A DNA stretch of 64,000 nucleotides from Octopus vulgaris (Eukaryota). The stretch is taken from the NCBI GenBank assembly GCA_951406725.2, contig OX597814.1, forward strand, positions 71,176,001 through 71,240,000, read 5' to 3'. A program made the position numbers and the translations under genes. Below the pieces are notes generated by a model that saw only the letters and a program-made list of their open reading frames with translations, did not search any database and was not told the DNA's origin. Numbering within the stretch: the stretch's first letter is position 1; every line of letters begins with the position of its first letter. Positions 11,112-25,150 of the stretch are shown in pieces.

Positions 11112-12220
11112 ACGAGAATGGGCCCCAATTTCGCCAATCTCTTTGTTGGCTACATTGAGGCCCAAGTATTCACCCAATTCTCCGGGCCGACCCCAGAACT
11201 ATACGGTCGCTACATAGACGACTGCATAGGCGCCACCTCCCTTTACCGCGAACAACTCTGTCACTTCGTCTCTTTCCTCTCTAACTTCCACCCCTCTCTA
11301 CAATTCACTTCCACCATCTCCAATACTTCTGTTAACTTCCTTGATATCTCTCTCAGCATCGACCACCCCTCCCACTCTCTCACTACCTCAGCCTTTTTCA
11401 AACCCACAGATTCCCACCTCTATCTCAACTTCTCCTCCTCCCATCCCTTCCACACCAAACGGGCCATCCCCTACTCCCAGTTCCTCCGCCTCCGACGCTT
11501 GTGCAGCCGCGACCAGGATTTCGAGACCCAGTCTCAATACCTGGCCCGCCTGTTCAGGCATCGAGGATACCCACCTACCCTGGTCTTGAACGCCCTCGCC
11601 CGCGATCGTCGCATCGACCGCACCACCGTCCTTTCTCCTTCCTCTCACCCACCCCCAACCGCACCGCCTTTCCCCTCCTTTTCCACCCCTCTACTCTACC
11701 CATTCGTCGGAAGATACTACTTCCCTTCCGTCGTCTCCAGATCGATCCCACGACCCGCCCCATTTTCTCCAACCCACCCCTGTCCTCCTTCAAACGAGCC
11801 CGGAATCTAAGCGACCTCCTGGTCCGTAGCACCCTCTCTTCTTCCCCCTCAGCCCCACACGGATCCTTCCCGTGCTCCAGATCCCGTTGCAACACATGTC
11901 CCTTCAGCGAACTGTACGTATCAGACATTCTTTTACGTGTACTTCGTCTGGTCTCATATACTGCATTAAATGCAACCTCTGCGGAATGCTGTATATAGGA
12001 CAGACGGGACGCCGGTTGTCAGACCGATTCGCCGAACATCTAAGGGATATTCGTCTACAGTCCCGTCGCACGTCACTTCCGCTCGGCCAGCCATTCCCCC
12101 GATGACATCTCTGTGTTTGGTCTCGCCCCACACAACGGTCCTCCACAATCCAGGCTTCACTTGGAGCAACGTTTCATTTTCACTCTACAGACACGGACTC
12201 AACACAACCCCCTCCTCTTA
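11112..12220 (+). pseudogene. PLE RT C-terminal half plus GIY-YIG endonuclease, frameshifted
   Basis: ORF pieces 10890-11810, 11501-11998, 11872-12105 and the start of 12113 join into RT, thumb, Cys linker and GIY-YIG. Confidence 0.85.
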
Positions 12221-12279
12221 GTGACTGCGCTCCACCTCTCCCAACTAGCAACTTTTTTTTTAATACTTTGTCCTTATAC

Positions 12280-12962
12280 AGTTACACACACACACATACT
12301 CACGAATCCACGAACACACCTACTTCCAACACACCACACTCATACAACCTACATGCACATGTACGCACACATACTTCCACACCTATACACACACCCACAC
12401 ACACACACCAGCAAACAATACTCATACAGATACGCACACTCTTATAAACACCTAGCAGAGACACGCACACACATACTCGCACGTAAGCGCACACAAGCAC
12501 GCGCATGTACATTACGCCCACACAACTCCAGAAAAAAAACCCCACACACACGCATACATTCACAAACACACACATACATACGTACAAACACATACATACA
12601 TACATTCATACATACATACATACACATACATACACACACACATACACACATACACACACACACACATACATACATACACACATACATACACACATACTTA
12701 CATACACACATACACACACACATATACACACATACACACATACATACACACATACATACACACATACATACATATATACATACATACATACACACACACA
12801 TACACACATACATACATACACACATACACACATACACACACACATACATACATACATACATACATACATACATACATACATACACACATGCATACATACA
12901 CACACACACATACACACACACACATTCACACACATACATACATACATACATACATACATACA

Positions 12963-12993
<31 letters not shown>

Positions 12994-13860
12994 GGGTTGG
13001 CTGTATTGCAGGCGTGCGTCAGTGTGTGTATATGTGTGCCTGTGGATTCACATACACCCACACCAATTTTTTTCCATCAATCTTTCAATTATAAAGTGTG
13101 TGCTTGCATACATATATAAACACACATATAAACACACATATAAACCTCTACATTTGTACACACACGCACATATATACATACATTCACTCGCACGCACGTA
13201 CACACACACGCGCACACACTCACACCTTTACATATATATACTATACACGCACACACACACGTACAAATACACACAAATTCACATACACACCGACACATAT
13301 ACATACACACAATATATACCTACATGCGCACGCACACATACACATACGTACACACACACACATACAAACGCACACATACACGCACGCACAACTACACGCA
13401 CATCCATACACACACACACAGACACAAATGAACCCACACATACATCCCATACACACGGCACACAATTATAAATACACGCACACAATTATACATACATATA
13501 TATACACACACACGCACGTACAAGCACACACGCACACATACACTAAGTTAAGCACAGTTACTTGCCACACACCCAAACTCTACGCATGCACACACGAACA
13601 CACACGAACACACACATACACACACACACTACAAACAAAACACACACACGATACATATACATACACGCACGCACACATACCTCTTTGTTTTTGACCTGTG
13701 CTGGACACAAAAATCACCACTCCTTATTCTTACAAACTGGCCAGCTACTAGCCAGTTGTTCGCCATACACACATACACACACACGTGTCATCATTGCACA
13801 CATACACACACCCGCGCACCCGCAGACCTCCGCGCACGCACACATCCACGCACATTTCCT
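12280..13860. repeat. Degenerate (CA)n/(TACA)n microsatellite, about 1.6 kb
   Basis: Directly visible; it produces the many HT/VC pseudo-ORFs. Confidence 0.95.
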
Positions 13861-14014
13861 TGTCCTTACCATACTGTCTTTGAAACTCTCCTGTCTTTAA
13901 AAAACATTATTCTTCCACCTTTCAACTTCCGGTCCTTCAATGTGTGACCTCATGAGTACCGCCAGCGATATTTTTTCCTCTGTCTTCCCTTCTCGGGATC
14001 TTTCCTTCTCCTAT

Positions 14015-14049
14015 GTTTCCGACGAAGAGCTCCGCTCGAAACGTTAAAT
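14015..14049 (+). ncRNA. Minimal PLE-type HHR, U4C core variant
   Basis: GTTT-CCGACGA(14019-14025)-A-GAGC-TCC-GCTC-GAAA(14038-14041)-CGTT-AAAT. Confidence 0.65.
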
Positions 14050-14153
14050 CCTCCTTCTTCCCTTCTTTCCTGAGCGTCCAATAATACTTTATTTGTTCTA
14101 CGTCCTCGCGTTGCTGTGTTTTTTTGTCTTTTTGTGTTTTCTTGTTTGGATTA

Positions 14154-14232
<79 letters not shown>

Positions 14233-14507
14233 CATAACTGAGGGCAAAGGAAAAAAATTCTAATGCCAAATATGCCGAAAATTGGACAAATTGTCCATTA
14301 ACCATATAATTTTTTCAACAATATGCACGCTACTCGAAAAAAGGCTGACAGAAATTTCTAAAAAATTCCATTATTACCATATCGGACCGATTTCAGAGTT
14401 AGCTTTCTATTTTTGATGTATTTGGGGTACTTAGTTGTGCCCATCACTTAGTATTTGCTTCTTCCATGGGTGCGAGTAAGTATCTCATTTATTTCTTATG
14501 CCACATG

Positions 14508-14565
14508 TATCACTGACGAAGAGAGGGCTCTTAGTAGCTAACTCTGAAATCGGTCCGATAGGGTA
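14508..14565 (+). ncRNA. Type I hammerhead ribozyme
   Basis: CTGACGA 14513-14519; AGAG/CTCT stem II; GAAA 14546-14549; palindromic ATCGG-T-CCGAT stem III; AUA site 14558-14560. The first stem I pair is mismatched in this copy. Confidence 0.72.
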
Positions 14566-15004
14566 ATAATGAATTTTTTAGAAATTTCTGTCAGCCTTTT
14601 GTCGAGTAGCGTGCGTATTGTGAAAAAATTATATGGTTAATGGACAATATGTCCAATTTTTCGGCATATTTGGCATTAGAATTTTTTTCCTTTGCCCTCA
14701 GTCATGAATTGTTTATAAATTTAACCGTTAAAGGTATTTTTTAATATGCTGGCCATTGATAAAAATTTTTTCGAGAAAATATCTTTTTCGAAAAGAATTT
14801 TATCCTCACATTTGATATAAATTTAAGCGTTCACTTCCGAACTAACTCACTCTGTGAGAGCCTCAGTTCAAATCGCACGTGCCTCGAATGGGCTGAAGTA
14901 TTTCTATTTTGGATGTATTTGGGGTACTTAGTTGTGCCCATTACTTAGTATTTACTTCTTCCATGGGTGCGTGTAAGTATCTCATTTATTTCTTTTGCCA
15001 CATG

Positions 15005-15062
15005 TATCACTGACGAAGAGAGGGCTCTTAGTAGCTAACTCTGAAATCGGTCCGATATGGTA
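15005..15062 (+). ncRNA. Type I hammerhead ribozyme
   Basis: TATCA/TGGTA stem I; CTGACGA 15010-15016; AGAG/CTCT; GAAA 15043-15046; AUA 15055-15057. Confidence 0.8.
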
Positions 15063-15311
15063 ATAATGGAATTTTTTAGAAATTTCTGTCAGCCTTTTTT
15101 CAAGTAGCGTGCGTATTGTGAAAAAATTATATGGTTAATGGACAATATGTCCAATTTTTCGGCATATTTGGCATTAGAATTTTTTTCCTTTGTCCTCAGT
15201 TATGAATTGTTTATAAATTTAACCGTTAAAGGTATTTTTTAATATGCTGGCCATTGATAAAATTTTTTTCGAGAAAATATTTTTTTCGAAAAAGAATTTT
15301 ATCCTCACATT

Positions 15312-15410
<99 letters not shown>

Positions 15411-15599
15411 CATATGCATACACACATGCACACACGCACCGTATACACACACACATATCCCTCGTTTTTTTTTTTCGAAAAAGAAAGAAGAAAAAACAGA
15501 GAACAAGCAACACCATTACCTTTATACGTGAACATAATAAATTCTAAATACATACATTGCAATATAGATACATAAAAACAACCATTTCAAAAGGAATAC

Positions 15600-17939
15600 G
15601 TTAGGGAATTAATAAAAATCCTAATATCGTAAGAGTACGTTCTTACCACAAAAGATGTTGACAACTGTGTAAGGAGTGGTGGTGTAAAGAGCATTACTAG
15701 GAGGATGAGGGACAATCTTCATTATCACAATCACAGTGAGGGGTGAAGAAGTTCTTTGCTGTTTATGAAGCATCATATCTTTGTGTAGCTCAGTATAGGA
15801 ACTGGGCTCATTGTAAACTCCTCTTGTAATTTTTATGTTACGTTCACAATTAGTTTAAGAACAAAAACTTACAGAGCTTTCCCTGCAAGTGCCAATCCTT
15901 TAGCAAAAATTTTTGTTGTCAATTTGAGTGGTGTAGGTGGAATTTCTGTTGTCTCATCTGTATTCTCAGCTTGTTCTTTTTCTAATAGCATCAGCTTCTC
16001 GTTAGATAAACTTACTCTCTGGGGCACAAGCAACTCAATCATATCATCCTTTCTGACTTCTAATCCTACATCCTTCGCAAGTGTCACATCATCTTTTAGA
16101 ATTTGATGTGGTATTTCTGCATGAGGAACACTTGTAATGTCATAGATACAGTCTTGCCACATACTTTTCCAAGCACTATTCAAAGTTAAAGGTTCCACTT
16201 TATTGCATGACTCATCTATACTATCCACAGCATCCAATATGTTGAATTTCTTCCAGAAATCACTATCGGTAGATTTATCCTTCTTGTCAATTGCTTTCAT
16301 AAGTTGTTTGAGAGTTCTCATATAATATGCCTTGAAGCTAACTATCACACCTTGATCCATTGGCTGTAACAAAGTAGTTGTATTTTGGGAGATATATTCT
16401 ACTCTCACATTATTAGAAAGGTCATCTAAGTCCGCTGGGTGTCTCGGTGCTGGATGTCTAAAAGAAGCAATGCTTTGTTGAAAATATATTTGACACCGTA
16501 CTTTTCGACGGCAGGACGAAAAACATCCTTTAAAAAAGCTCTCAGTCATCCTGGCTTTCTTATTTGAACAGCAAATCAGAGGTGGATTAAACATTGTGTA
16601 ACCCTTAAAAGCGTTTGAATGTTCGGAGTGATACACAAGTAGGAATTTTAATTTCACATGAGCAGTGACATTTTCTCAAAAAAAAAAAAAAGTGTCAGAC
16701 AAATTTTAGACCCCTTTAAATCCTGGTGTTGATTTTTCTTCTGGAGAAATTAAAGCTCTAGCAGCCATGCACTTCCAGAAAAGTGGTTTCATCAACATTG
16801 TGTGCTTAACCTGGTGTGTATCTCCTTTCAAAAATTTTTTTCTTCAATTGCTCAGGATAACCAGTAGTAACCTCTGCATCAGCACGCGCAGTTTCATCAA
16901 TCATTTGTACGTTGTGCAAATCCATGCACTTCTCAAATCGTTCAAACCATGCTTTTACTCGCGAAAAAGGTTTTTTCATCAGAAGTTTCACCTTTTTTTA
17001 ATTACAAATCGTCATATAAAGTATTCGGTTTTTCTTTCTTCTTTTTTTTTTTAATTACCATTGTGTCTATCGCCACATTACACCGATTCTGATCCTCGAT
17101 CCACACACTCAAAAGTCATTCCAGTTTAAACATTACATTTCATGTATGGAAAAATAAGTTTCCAGCTGTTAACGGAGTAGCTTCAGCAGCATTTGACATA
17201 ATTTTCTGTTGTTGCGTATTGTTCCAACTGTTTTAATGTTTTGGCGATATAACTTAGTTATTCTTCTGCGTCAAGCCTTTTGAAAACATCAAGTTTAATA
17301 TCTAGTAAGATCCCTTTACGGTTCCTTCAGTTCTATTTGATAGCTTCTTTCCAACCATCTTAACTTGAAGGTAAATCCAAATGTGTATCAAAAAAATTGT
17401 CCTAGGAAAGATGTGTTTTGTGAGAGCGGGAAATTGTCTTATTCTTATGGATGTAATAATGAAAATAAAATGGAAGTGTGAAGGACTAAATAAGAGAAAG
17501 TACTATAATTTTACAGTTAGCTGGAGGGTCACCAGATTTTATAGGTGTTTTCCTCCCTTACACTTCAGACTTACATGCACGTACGTATTGATTTAGATGT
17601 TAGTGATGGTGGACGGTTATTGTTGGAGTTGTAGTGGTCATATTATTCTTGCTAATTATATTGTTGTGGTTGTTTAGTATGAAGTTGATCCTCAAAGATC
17701 AAAGATATTTCATTCCACTTTAAAAAACTCCAGGATACTACATTACGTGGTTTTATTTGAAATGAATTTGCTTGTTTTCTCTATACTATATGAATACTGT
17801 TGCACTTGGTGGTTGTGTTGGTATTGATAATAGAAACACACACGCACATACATACACACATACATACATACATACACGCATACATATATATATACATATA
17901 TATACATATATATATACATATATATATATAATATATATG

Positions 17940-17994
<55 letters not shown>

Positions 17995-18251
17995 CATGTG
18001 TATATGTATGTGAATGTATGAGTGTAACGTGATGGTAAATCGTTAACCATATGGTTTGATTTTAACTAAAATGCAAGTGGTCATTGAGCTAAGAAGAAAG
18101 TGTAGTTTTAAGTTGTTAACTATTTAAAACTACGCAATCAAAGCTTCCGTAAGATCGGAATTACAGACCGTATCGCAAAAATTGGTCATACTTTACAATT
18201 TCCGTAAGCGCGAAATACCGTAACCACAGGTAGCTGTACGCAGGGAATGCT

Positions 18252-18253
<2 letters not shown>
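15600..18253 (-). mobile_element. Tigger/pogo DNA transposon remnant
   Basis: DDE_1 motif NTTTLLQPMDQGVIVSFKAYY (15869-16657); CENP-B-like HTH KAWFERFEK (16806-16991); Tigger-like terminus at about 18200-18253, similar to 35056-35110. Left boundary is approximate. Confidence 0.8.
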
Positions 18254-18308
<55 letters not shown>

Positions 18309-18311
<3 letters not shown>

Positions 18312-18610
18312 TGGCGACTCCGCCATAGTTCAAGTTGTGTTTTGCAAGGTTGCCTTATTTTTACCATTAACTGAGAAATGGAGAAAGACATAGTGCTAGA
18401 TATAAAAAAATAAGCCATTTGGGGCCAGAAATATTGCGGGAAAACGTGAGGCATTCTTTCGTTAGAAGCAACAAACTTGCTTAGTGTTAAATTATCCGTG
18501 AATATGTCAGTCTTCGGTGTGCATTACGTTTCTTATCTTCTTTCAAACATGTGTCTTATGCGTAATCTGTGATGAGCTCGAATGACGCTGATGACCCGGA
18601 GTCGCCTCTG
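18309..18610. mobile_element. MITE with 14-bp TIRs (hAT-like) in (TA)n
   Basis: CACTGGCGACTCCG ... CGGAGTCGCCTCTG (12/14 match). Confidence 0.55.
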
Positions 18611-18888
18611 ATATATATATATACACCTTTTGGAGAGATAAGTAAACATTTTTATTTAAGAAATATTAATGTACTCTATATAAGTATTGATTGTTAATTA
18701 TGAATTTCTAATTTTTTTTGTTAATGATAATTTAGATACGTACATTTATTTAATAATCATTATTTTATAATTATTATATCTGAACGTAAATTGTAAAATA
18801 TCAGTTTGTCACTTTGTGATTTAGATTGTAAAAATGTTTTAGTATAACTAAAAGTTCTATTTCTAGCACTATTTCTAGTACTATTAAT

Positions 18889-18948
<60 letters not shown>

Positions 18949-18950
<2 letters not shown>

Positions 18951-20340
18951 CAGCTGGAACCACTACTAAAGGCTGTTCATGGATTTACCAAAGAAATAGG
19001 TATGAAATTTGGATTAGAAAAATGCGCCAAAGTAACTCTGAAAAGAGGAAAACTAGTTAAGAGTAGCAACATCATACTAGATAAAGCCAATGAAATAAGA
19101 GAATTAGACCAAAGCCAAACTTACAAATATTTAACTTACAATGTTAGATTTATAAACTTACAAATCTAACATAGAAAGGCTATATATACAACGTATAGAA
19201 GATGGTAGAGGTCTTAAAAAGCTGGAAAATTACTATAAAATAACCACCACAGGACTGCAAAAATACCTACTTCAGAAGCAAGGAAAACTGATACAAATAG
19301 CGGCAAAACACGAGCAAAACAAACAGTTGTTCTCAGTATTTAAGGAAGCTGACAAATACAAACAAGAAATCATACTATCTAACAAATATGAAGAAGAAGA
19401 AAAAGAAGAAGAAAACACAACAAAAGCTATAAAGCAAATGAAATCAAAACTAAAACTAGAACAGCAACGGATCATGATAAAACGATGGGAAGAAAAGCCT
19501 CTTCATGGCAAGTACTGGACTAAATTAAATGCAAAAGAAATAGAGAAAGAAAAATCCCAGCAATGGTTGAGAAGCTCAGGACTCAAAGCAGAGACAGAGG
19601 GATTTTTAATTGCAGCACAAGACCAAAGCCTCCCCACCAGAAATTACCAAAAACATGTAATGAAAAGAAATATAACAAGTAACTGTGGAGATGGACAAGA
19701 AACAATAAATCATATTATCTCTGGCTGCCCAGTCCTGGCTAAGAAGGAATATATTCACAGACATGACAGAGTTGGGACCTACATACACTGGAAGCTATGC
19801 CAACATTATGGAATAACAACAGAAAAAAGATGGTATAGGCACACACCAGAAAATGTCACAGAAAATGAAAAAGCAACCATACTCTGAGATATGCCAATAC
19901 ACACAGATAGAGAAATTAAGGCCAATAGACCAGATATAGTTGCCAGAGATCATGAAGAAAAAAAATGCTTTCTAATTGATGTATCAATACCAGCAGATGA
20001 CAACGTGTCTCTAAAATAAATGGAGAAACTTTCAAAATACAAAGACCTGGAAATAGAGGTAACTAGAATGTGGAATCTAAAAACAGAAACAATTCCTATA
20101 GGTGCATTAGGCATGATAAAAAAAATATTCAGACAAATACATAACAAAAACACCAGGACTTACAAACACATATAACATACAGAAAATTGCACTACTAGGC
20201 ACTGCACACATCCTACGCAGAACACTTTCAATACAGTAACCATCAGAGCATCACAACAAATCACAGCACATACCCAAGGCACACAGAGCTGCGCTCGGTA
20301 GTGAAGTGAAAGCACGTTATAAAAATAAAACTACTGAATG
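18949..20340 (+). mobile_element. R4/Dong-clade RLE non-LTR retrotransposon, 5'-truncated
   Basis: MKFGLEKCA, GLKAETEGFLIAAQDQSLPTRNY, ETINHIISGC, RHD, NRPDIV, LIDVSIP; preceded by (AAT)n and followed by (GAT)n. Confidence 0.88.
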
Positions 20341-21026
20341 ATGATGATGATGATGATGATGATGACGACGACGATGACGATGATGACGACGACGACGACG
20401 ACGATGACGATGATGATGATGATGATGGTGATGAGTACTTTTTTCGCAAATAATTTTATAAACGATAAGTTATGCGTTTTTACTTTAGAATTTTTCATTT
20501 ATTTTTTATTTCATAAATATTTTCGGAATGATATCTATAATATATTTAAGTAATAATGGAGTAATTTATTTATTTATTTATTTATATGTTTATTGATTGA
20601 AAAAATATGGATTTTTAATTACTATATTTGTTGATTTATTTTAGATACGTACTTTTATATGTTTTTTATTATTTTATAATTATTATATTTGAACAAAAAT
20701 CTAAAAATAGTAAGAGTTATTGCTTTGTAAAATAGTTTGGTAATTAAATATTAGAGTATAGCTAGGTTAAAGATATTCCATAATTTATTAATGTTTTTAA
20801 TTATATCTCCATTATATCTTCACAGATAAACACTTTTTCTATCTATTTACTGTATTTTTACCTTAAATATTTAACATGATAAATGTAGGCAACTGGTCCT
20901 AATGTTTTAAGCTTCAAATTTAGTTAACATAGTTTCTTCTACAAGAAAAATTATGATTTTATTTCTTTACGAAATATTGTTTAATTCTATTTGCTTATTT
21001 ATTCAACTATTATTGTTATCATTGTT

Positions 21027-21127
21027 AACTTGAAGAGTGACTATAATTTTAAATTTAATTGTTTTCGATTAAATTTAAATTTAATTGTAATTCGAATTTA
21101 AATTATGGCCATGAAACGTACGTAGTT
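21027..21127 (+). ncRNA. Type I HHR with long AT-rich stem II, C3U variant, in an AT-rich PLE-like end
   Basis: AAC-TTGAAGA-GTGACTATAATTT...AAATTATGGCCAT-GAAA-CGTACG-TA-GTT; stem II 12/13 paired; palindromic stem III. Confidence 0.55.
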
Positions 21128-21351
21128 TTTTACTTATTATACATTGTTTATTCATTTTTGTGCTTTTTGTAATCTAGTTATATGTTTTTAAAAAATATAT
21201 TTTATTTTCTATTTATGATTTGGTTTACGTCTATCATTGTTTGAATTGCATAATAGTGGTTTTTCTCTAATTTATATATTATATATTTATATTGTGAAAT
21301 TTGCTTTAATACTAAATTGAACTTTTCCCTGTAAGTTTGGAGCTATACTCC

Positions 21352-21479
<128 letters not shown>

Positions 21480-21852
21480 TTGCTATAATGCAAAAGTGTC
21501 GCAAGTCCAAAACGTGGCTTTTTCAGAAAACGAAAAAGTAGTTTCACCATTCCATTTATTTTTACATTAGCAACAGTTTCAGCTTAACAATAATACTTTT
21601 TGAGGTGCATAAAATCGTAACTCCATGCATGCATGATATTTTCAGTCAGAAATATTTTTGCACAACACTTACTACACTTTTGAGAAATGCTAAACCATTG
21701 TACCTCATTTTGACAATTTTCATCTGAAGCGGCTGGAGATACGATAATTTGACCAAAAAACTGGGTTAAATTATCAAAGTAAGCAAAATTAAATATTACT
21801 AAAAACGTATTTGGCCAAATTTGGACATACAACAGTTTAACATAATAGTACG

Positions 21853-21912
<60 letters not shown>

Positions 21913-22697
21913 TGTTTACATTACAAGGAATATGACAATCAAGTCTCGGTAAAGCTGTTATTAAATCCTCTGAACCAACTTGACTCTTGCACGTCATAGG
22001 TTCAAGTGAATTATGAACGAAGTTATATATACCTGTAAAATTTCGCACGAAATTAATAAAACTGACAAGCTATTGCGTCAAATCATCATCAACAGTAGTT
22101 GCATTATGATTAACAATGAGGCAACGACGGGGCTTCTACGTAGTCGCTAGACGTCTGGAAATAACCATCAAATAACCTTCAAATTGCACACGGCTAAAGG
22201 AAATGCGTGCATTTGATAAAGTAACACCGAATGCACACTATCCCAAAAAACGATTAGAAAGTAACGACTTGGATGTTTTTGATTATAGATTTGTTCAATG
22301 AAGACAGACCGGGGACTAAACAACGACATTGTGGTTAAAAACAATCATACCACTAAGTAAAACATCGAATGCAAACAAAAAGAGGAAGAGAAATGTATTT
22401 TGTATTTTGGTTTTTTTTTTTATTCATTTCAGAAAATTAGCGCAAGTGTGTCCGAGATGAGCTGGGTGTCAAAACTCAAGAGTGATTTTAAGACATACCT
22501 ACCCCGTAACAGATTTGGCTTCCTTTGAAAACATGAATCAATCTCTCAATCTGACTGCGTTTACAGACTTGTAAATAAATTATGGATTACGTTCAGAATC
22601 ACAAGTATTCAAATTTAACACCATAACAACGGTTATTTTTCTTTTTATAAAACAACTACGTTGCATTGACGGTAATCATCTCGGCTGAGATCAGCGA

Positions 22698-24685
22698 TTA
22701 GCACACTACAATGGTTCGACGTATATTTACATCAACCGCTTTAACCAGTTTACGGTGGTGATTCATTCGGTTGCCTGCGCGCGGCAACGGTAATCGCGCT
22801 GATTGAGGTCAGCACTCACTGCGAGATAAAGTTTGGCGTCAATCGCTTTAATGCAAGTACTGTTTATTTATCTAAACTATATCCCTGTACAGGACGCTCA
22901 TGCGGTATTATTCCTGAACAAGATCACTCGACAGCACAAGTCAGATCAACTTCGTGTATTTACAATCACGTGAATTCAAAAATTGACTTTAGTGTGGTAG
23001 AGTTCAAAACAGGGTACCACGCACAGTGGCATATTACACTGTGGACAGTGGGATCTACTTGCCTTACGTTTCTCTTTTGCTTCATATACTGTGCATCCCT
23101 TTGAAGCATTTGTCTTCTTGGCAGTGGGGGAAAACAGTCGTGGAAAATGTCCATGTCCCTTCACTATGCGGCGAGGAGAGAGTCTGGCGTGGAAATGTCC
23201 ACGTGTTCTATATTTTGGCAGGTCTGATGCTTCTATCATTTCACGGAACAATAGATTCCTGAATGTCAAGCCATCCGTCACACTGCCAAGCATCTGCCAA
23301 ATCAAATGTAAGTTCACGATATATATGTCAACAATATACAAGAAAATTTTTTGTACCATTTCACACATTTTCTCACCGATATGTGTGTCGTCGTCAGCTG
23401 ATCTGAGCGATCGACCCTGCCCATCCCTTCATTGTGTGCATCCTCACAGTCCCACAGGTATTAGTCCTTCTCACCTCCTGCAGCAGGAAGAGATCTGGAC
23501 TGGAAAACCAGTTGTCCATATGAATATTTTAGCCTTTGTCAAACAAGTTTTCATTCAGCGAGAACACGACATCAGTTGATGCTAGAGTAGACGCTGAAAG
23601 ATCCGATCTGCCCTGACCAGTATAGATTTTTGTAATTCCACGTGTACCCATAGGCTCTGCTAGTTGACTGGCATACTTTATAAACCTTGACTCCAAAGCG
23701 GGTACGTTTTGTCGAGTTATATTGTTTGAATCGGAGCCTTCCCTTGAATTTCCACAAACTCTCGTCCATACAAATAACCTGTGTGGGGACATAGACCGTT
23801 CTGAAATTTTCAGCCACTTCGTCAAAGAAAGGATGTGACATCCTGGTTGAAATGTAAATTTCAAAGAAACACCAAAAACCGATCACATGACAAGAATGGT
23901 GTCGACGTGGCTGGATCCTGATTTCAATGTAACTCCAGGGTCGGTTTCTTCATGATGCCCATCAGTACCAGCAGAGCAAGCAGGACTTTTATTGTGTCCC
24001 CTGTAGTTGGAAACTAAACACCGCCATGCCCGAGTCTGATGCCGGGGAAAGTTTTCAGCAGAGTCATTCGTTTCGTCCGCTATTTATTGGAACATTTCAT
24101 CCGTCAAAAATTCGTGGAAGATTTCCAATGGCGAACTTCCATGTTCAAGGTTTGCCTTTATGCCAGACATGCCAGTAAACCCATGCCAGCAGACGAAATT
24201 GTCTCTCACTCGCCACACATTATGTTGTCCAGGGTCATTCACTGCTATCCGCCTGTACTTTTGATTCACCGGAATATCATCATCGCTATCAGAATCATCT
24301 GATTCTGAACTAGGAAAATACTCACTCTCCGCGTCATCGTCCGAACCGGAAGAAACAACTGGTGAGGTGGTGGAGCTTGGTGGAGCTTGGCGCGACTACC
24401 GTTAATTCGACGAAACAGGACGCGACGACGAAGTTGACGGAGCCGGACTGCTAGGACGCAACGACTGTAAATTTGATGAAAGAGGACGCGATGACGAAGT
24501 TGAAAGAGCCGGAGTGGCAGGACCAGCCTATCGAGTTATTTACATGACACATTTAATCAGTTGGCAGGTGGACTGGTACTAATTCAAGCGACATGTTCTA
24601 AGTCAGACGGCGTATAATTACGTCGACCGATTTAAAGTATTTACATTGCGTGCGTAAATTTACGTCAACCTTTTTAAAAGGGTTA
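22698..24685 (-). mobile_element. piggyBac-like transposon remnant
   Basis: MDESLWKFKGRLRFKQYNSTKRTRFGVKVYKVC (DDE_Tnp_1_7-like); C-terminal Cys-rich domain CTVY..CPQCNMPLCVVPCFELYH; degenerate inverted ends GGTT(C)GACGTA(T/A)ATTTAC; GGGTTA at 24680. Confidence 0.82.
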
Positions 24686-24829
24686 CGTCTAAGTTATGGG
24701 TTCATGCTTTTTTCGTTAAGACCAGTTTACTTTTTGCGTGCTTCAACCCGTAAGCTGCGGTCATACTGGGGCACCACCATTGGTGCTGAGACACTTTTAC
24801 TGATCCTCCTTCTTTAGTTAACTAGGGAG

Positions 24830-25150
24830 TTCGAAATTGTTGCCCTCATTTGAGTTTCTTTATGTAAAGTAGATTCATCATTCTAGAGAGTAGAAAGTTT
24901 GTTGTGTTTGAAAGCATCTATATCCACATCATGCAGGTCTTTTAAATCTGTTGGTTGTGCACCTTTAAACTCTAAGCTATTGCAGCGTATTGTCCTAAAT
25001 CTGAATAGCGAGTTTGGGATGGATATTTGGTACTATGAAGTGGCACCCAGGTCGGGGATTCGCACTGCCTTCAACGCCAAAGTTTGGTGCAAGGTTTTCC
25101 AGGATCTTCTAGCTATATATTACTACATATATTTCCTGTCTTCGCTCTAG
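24830..25150 (-). mobile_element. Degenerate CR1/L2-like LINE 3' end
   Basis: Minus-strand remnant RCNSLEFKGAQ..DLHDVDIDAFK resembles the C-terminus of CR1/L2-group ORF2. Confidence 0.35.

Larger units (their letters stand above)
11112..14160 (+). mobile_element. Penelope-like element (Neptune-type), 5'-truncated, with expanded CA-rich 3' UTR and terminal HHR
   Basis: RT MGPNFANLFVG..YGRYIDD; Cys linker PCSRSRCNTCP; GIY-YIG IYCIKCNLCGMLYIGQTGRRLSDRFAEH; TA-flanked; HHR at 14015-14049. Confidence 0.88.
14228..15316 (+). mobile_element. Non-autonomous PLE pseudo-LTR array (inverted partial copy plus two direct copies, 497-bp period) within (TA)n
   Basis: 14228-14404 is the reverse complement of about 15034-15208. 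14404-14818 is repeated at 14901-15316. (TA)n on both sides; an HHR in each direct copy. Confidence 0.82.

Noticed and set aside
12113-13900. Long ORFs (up to 452 aa) of HT/YI/VC repeats, and similar ORFs throughout the window
   Set aside because: These are translations of stop-free microsatellites, not proteins.
24410-24530. Two direct repeats about 66 bp apart, possible CRISPR-like array
   Set aside because: Only two diverged units, inside the S/P-rich N-terminal region of a piggyBac transposase in a eukaryotic genome.
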